This document shows, in pieces, positions 62,425 through 64,000 of a stretch of DNA of 64,000 nt. The notes under the pieces were generated by a model. That model did not search any database. It was not told where the DNA came from and worked only from the letters and a program-made list of their open reading frames with translations. The stretch is taken from the IMG/VR virus record IMGVR_UViG_3300044267_003893, positions 22,071-86,070 of that record. The stretch is one strand, 5' to 3'. The first letter of the stretch is position 1; every line of letters starts with the position of its first letter. The position numbers and the translations under genes are program-made. This DNA is from a virus (taxonomy: Duplodnaviria > Caudoviricetes).

Positions 62425-62832
62425 CTATCCGTCAGTAGTTGCTGCACATGCAGTTATACCAGCAAAATTACTACCAGTATCTACCGCATCATAAACAACA
62501 ATAAAACCTCTGTCATATTTAGCATTTGGATCACCAACAGTAATTGGTGAGTTGATTGCAGCTACAAGAGACTTCATAAAGTCTTTCTCAAAGCTTGCAC
62601 CTCCAGCATGTGTAAGATTAACATACACGTGTCTTTTGGTTCCCCAAGATTCATCATCTGCACCATAGTCAGCTTGAGCATAATCATTACCAGTAAACGT
62701 CATTCTAATATTAGTACCTGACGTTGCTGCCACTGATGTAAGCTTTTTAGCTTGAACTATGATGTCATTATCTGCTGCGGATCTAAAATATAAATAAGGT
62801 TCTGCAGCGACCATTGTATCAAATTGTGCCAT
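62425..62832 (-). CDS. Hypothetical protein, 135 aa (first gene of the minus-strand module)
   Basis: Clean ORF with an A-rich start context. Confidence 0.6.
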   Translation of the reverse strand: MAQFDTMVAAEPYLYFRSAADNDIIVQAKKLTSVAATSGTNIRMTFTGNDYAQADYGADDESWGTKRHVYVNLTHAGGASFEKDFMKSLVAAINSPITVGDPNAKYDRGFIVVYDAVDTGSNFAGITACAATTDG

Positions 62833-63195
62833 AACATAAAAAATTTAAAAATTTAACATAAAGGGACGTATCTATTTCTAAACACCTGTCCCCAACCTAA
62901 ACATAATAAACACGACCATTATATATACATACGACATTTATCTTCACCCAATAAGTAATAATTAATATACTTTGGTGTATTTATATAGGGATGAATGTGC
63001 AACTGCACAAGCCTTTTTGTAAAGGATGGGGCTGTATACTCAATCCCCCCTACTATATAATATAAGAAATTTCCTCCCCAAATAGAAATTTTGTATGTAT
63101 TAAGTTCTTGTGGGGTCCTATAGTTCCGCTCCCCTCCTAGATTTTGGTTGGGGAGTACCCCCTGTAATTAACCACGTTTAATTAACCAGTATACT

Positions 63196-63528
63196 ATGAA
63201 AGACTTATTCTTCCATAAGTATGCAGTTGACAGTGAAGGTAATAACCTTAACAGTGTCATCTGCAAGACTGAGTGCATTGAACGTAAGGAACTTACCTTA
63301 AATGGTAAGACTGCTCACACGCGTACCCAAGGGAACGCTCAGTTTTGTCTTCTGATAATTACTGACGCTAATGGTAACACCATTGACCCGCGTATGTATG
63401 AGTTTAAGCCTAATCAGGTTCTTGAAGGTATCTGTGATAGTGGCCAACCGGTCATTGATCAGAAGACCGGAGAGCCAACAGGCTTGAACTGGGCAGAGCC
63501 TTACGTCAAGGTCTCAGTAGAAGACTAG
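63196..63528 (+). CDS. Hypothetical protein, 110 aa (only credible plus-strand gene; possible early gene)
   Basis: Divergent from the late module, visibly higher GC and different codon usage, not overlapping any minus-strand gene. Confidence 0.75.
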   Translation: MKDLFFHKYAVDSEGNNLNSVICKTECIERKELTLNGKTAHTRTQGNAQFCLLIITDANGNTIDPRMYEFKPNQVLEGICDSGQPVIDQKTGEPTGLNWAEPYVKVSVED

Positions 63529-63553
63529 CTGCCGCTAGTGCTTCCTTCGGACC

Positions 63554-63975
63554 CAGCTTATGGTCTGTTACTCAAGTAAGCAAACCCAGAGTCTAGGTGA
63601 AAGCAGACTCTTGGTTTTAGGCTGATATAATGTCTTGACATCTTATCTTTCTAGTGGTATAAAATCCGCGTAACATTTACTAGATTTATCATGAAACAGA
63701 TAGACATCTAACCAATTATACAGTTAATCTATTAATTATAGTAGATTAGCTGTTAATTGTGTGGTTAATTTTATTTTTTTGTGTGTGAATCTTTAAAAGG
63801 GTGGTCAATAATCCCACATTATACCACTTTAAAAGAAATAATGTTATGGTTAATACCATAATATATAATATAGCTATAACTAGAGCATAAACCTTCAATG
63901 GGGTATTGATACAGTGATTGACTCTTGAGTTGCAAATCTTGAGTCCATGTTTATCATAACTCTGGTTATAGTCTA
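63554..63975 (+). ncRNA. Candidate structured non-coding RNA or hairpin array
   Basis: At least five stem-loops, with G-U pairs that form only on the plus strand; no ORF in the region. Confidence 0.4.
63635..63663 (+). promoter_or_regulatory. Sigma70-consensus-like promoter TTGACA-N17-TATAAA
   Basis: Exact -35 box and 17-nt spacer, but the background is AT-rich and the Bacteroidota consensus differs. Confidence 0.35.
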
Positions 63976-64000
63976 TTGTTCTCTCTCTATAGGATAAGAG

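Noticed and set aside
62307-62447. N-terminal extension of the 147-aa ORF given in the track
   Set aside because: It overlaps the upstream gene end, a hairpin and a promoter-like motif; the ATG at 62306 is more plausible.
1-62832. Stop-codon reassignment (TAG to Gln or TGA to Trp), as in some gut crAss-like phages
   Set aside because: Genes are full length and tightly packed under the standard code, and TAG is used as a normal stop (14814, 35043, 63528).
63560-63630. Possible hammerhead ribozyme (CUG...GAAA-like words)
   Set aside because: The core CUGANGA and GAAA are not present in the required order (the sequence reads CTGTTA...CAAA).
62833-64000. tRNA genes in the non-coding end region
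   Set aside because: No cloverleaf with a T-loop GTTCRA and matching acceptor stem was recognised by eye; tRNAscan-SE or ARAGORN would be decisive.

Overview
The window is part of a large, very AT-rich dsDNA phage genome of the crAss-like type (Crassvirales), most likely infecting an aquatic Bacteroidota/Flavobacteriia host. The host call is an inference from A-rich start contexts without Shine-Dalgarno sites and TAnnTTTG-like promoter motifs. Positions 1-62832 are a tightly packed minus-strand late module in standard genetic code. In transcription order it holds SNase, holin candidate, tail-fibre-like genes, an L,D-transpeptidase-like lysin candidate, HU/IHF-like protein, PD-(D/E)XK nuclease, GroES, terminase large subunit, portal, scaffold, major capsid protein, ring and auxiliary capsid proteins, a collagen/FN3 fibre, a phosphoesterase, a second IHF-like protein, a 3089-aa tail stabilisation protein, a multi-domain peptidoglycan hydrolase and three internal virion proteins. 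It ends with a >3782-aa ORF that is missing from the supplied track because it runs off the left edge; this carries a zincin motif and probably the start of the virion RNA polymerase. Standout observations: (1) the tail stabilisation protein carries in-frame inserts of a reprolysin-like metzincin protease (with prodomain) and a MIDAS-intact vWA domain; (2) a conserved TTTTGTATATTAT-type motif precedes about 10 late genes; (3) a recurrent hydrophobic-x-x-G-G motif marks the internal virion proteins; (4) the strand-switch region at the right end is GC-shifted and densely packed with hairpins whose G-U pairs point to a plus-strand structured RNA. All calls come from manual motif reading; no database searches were run.
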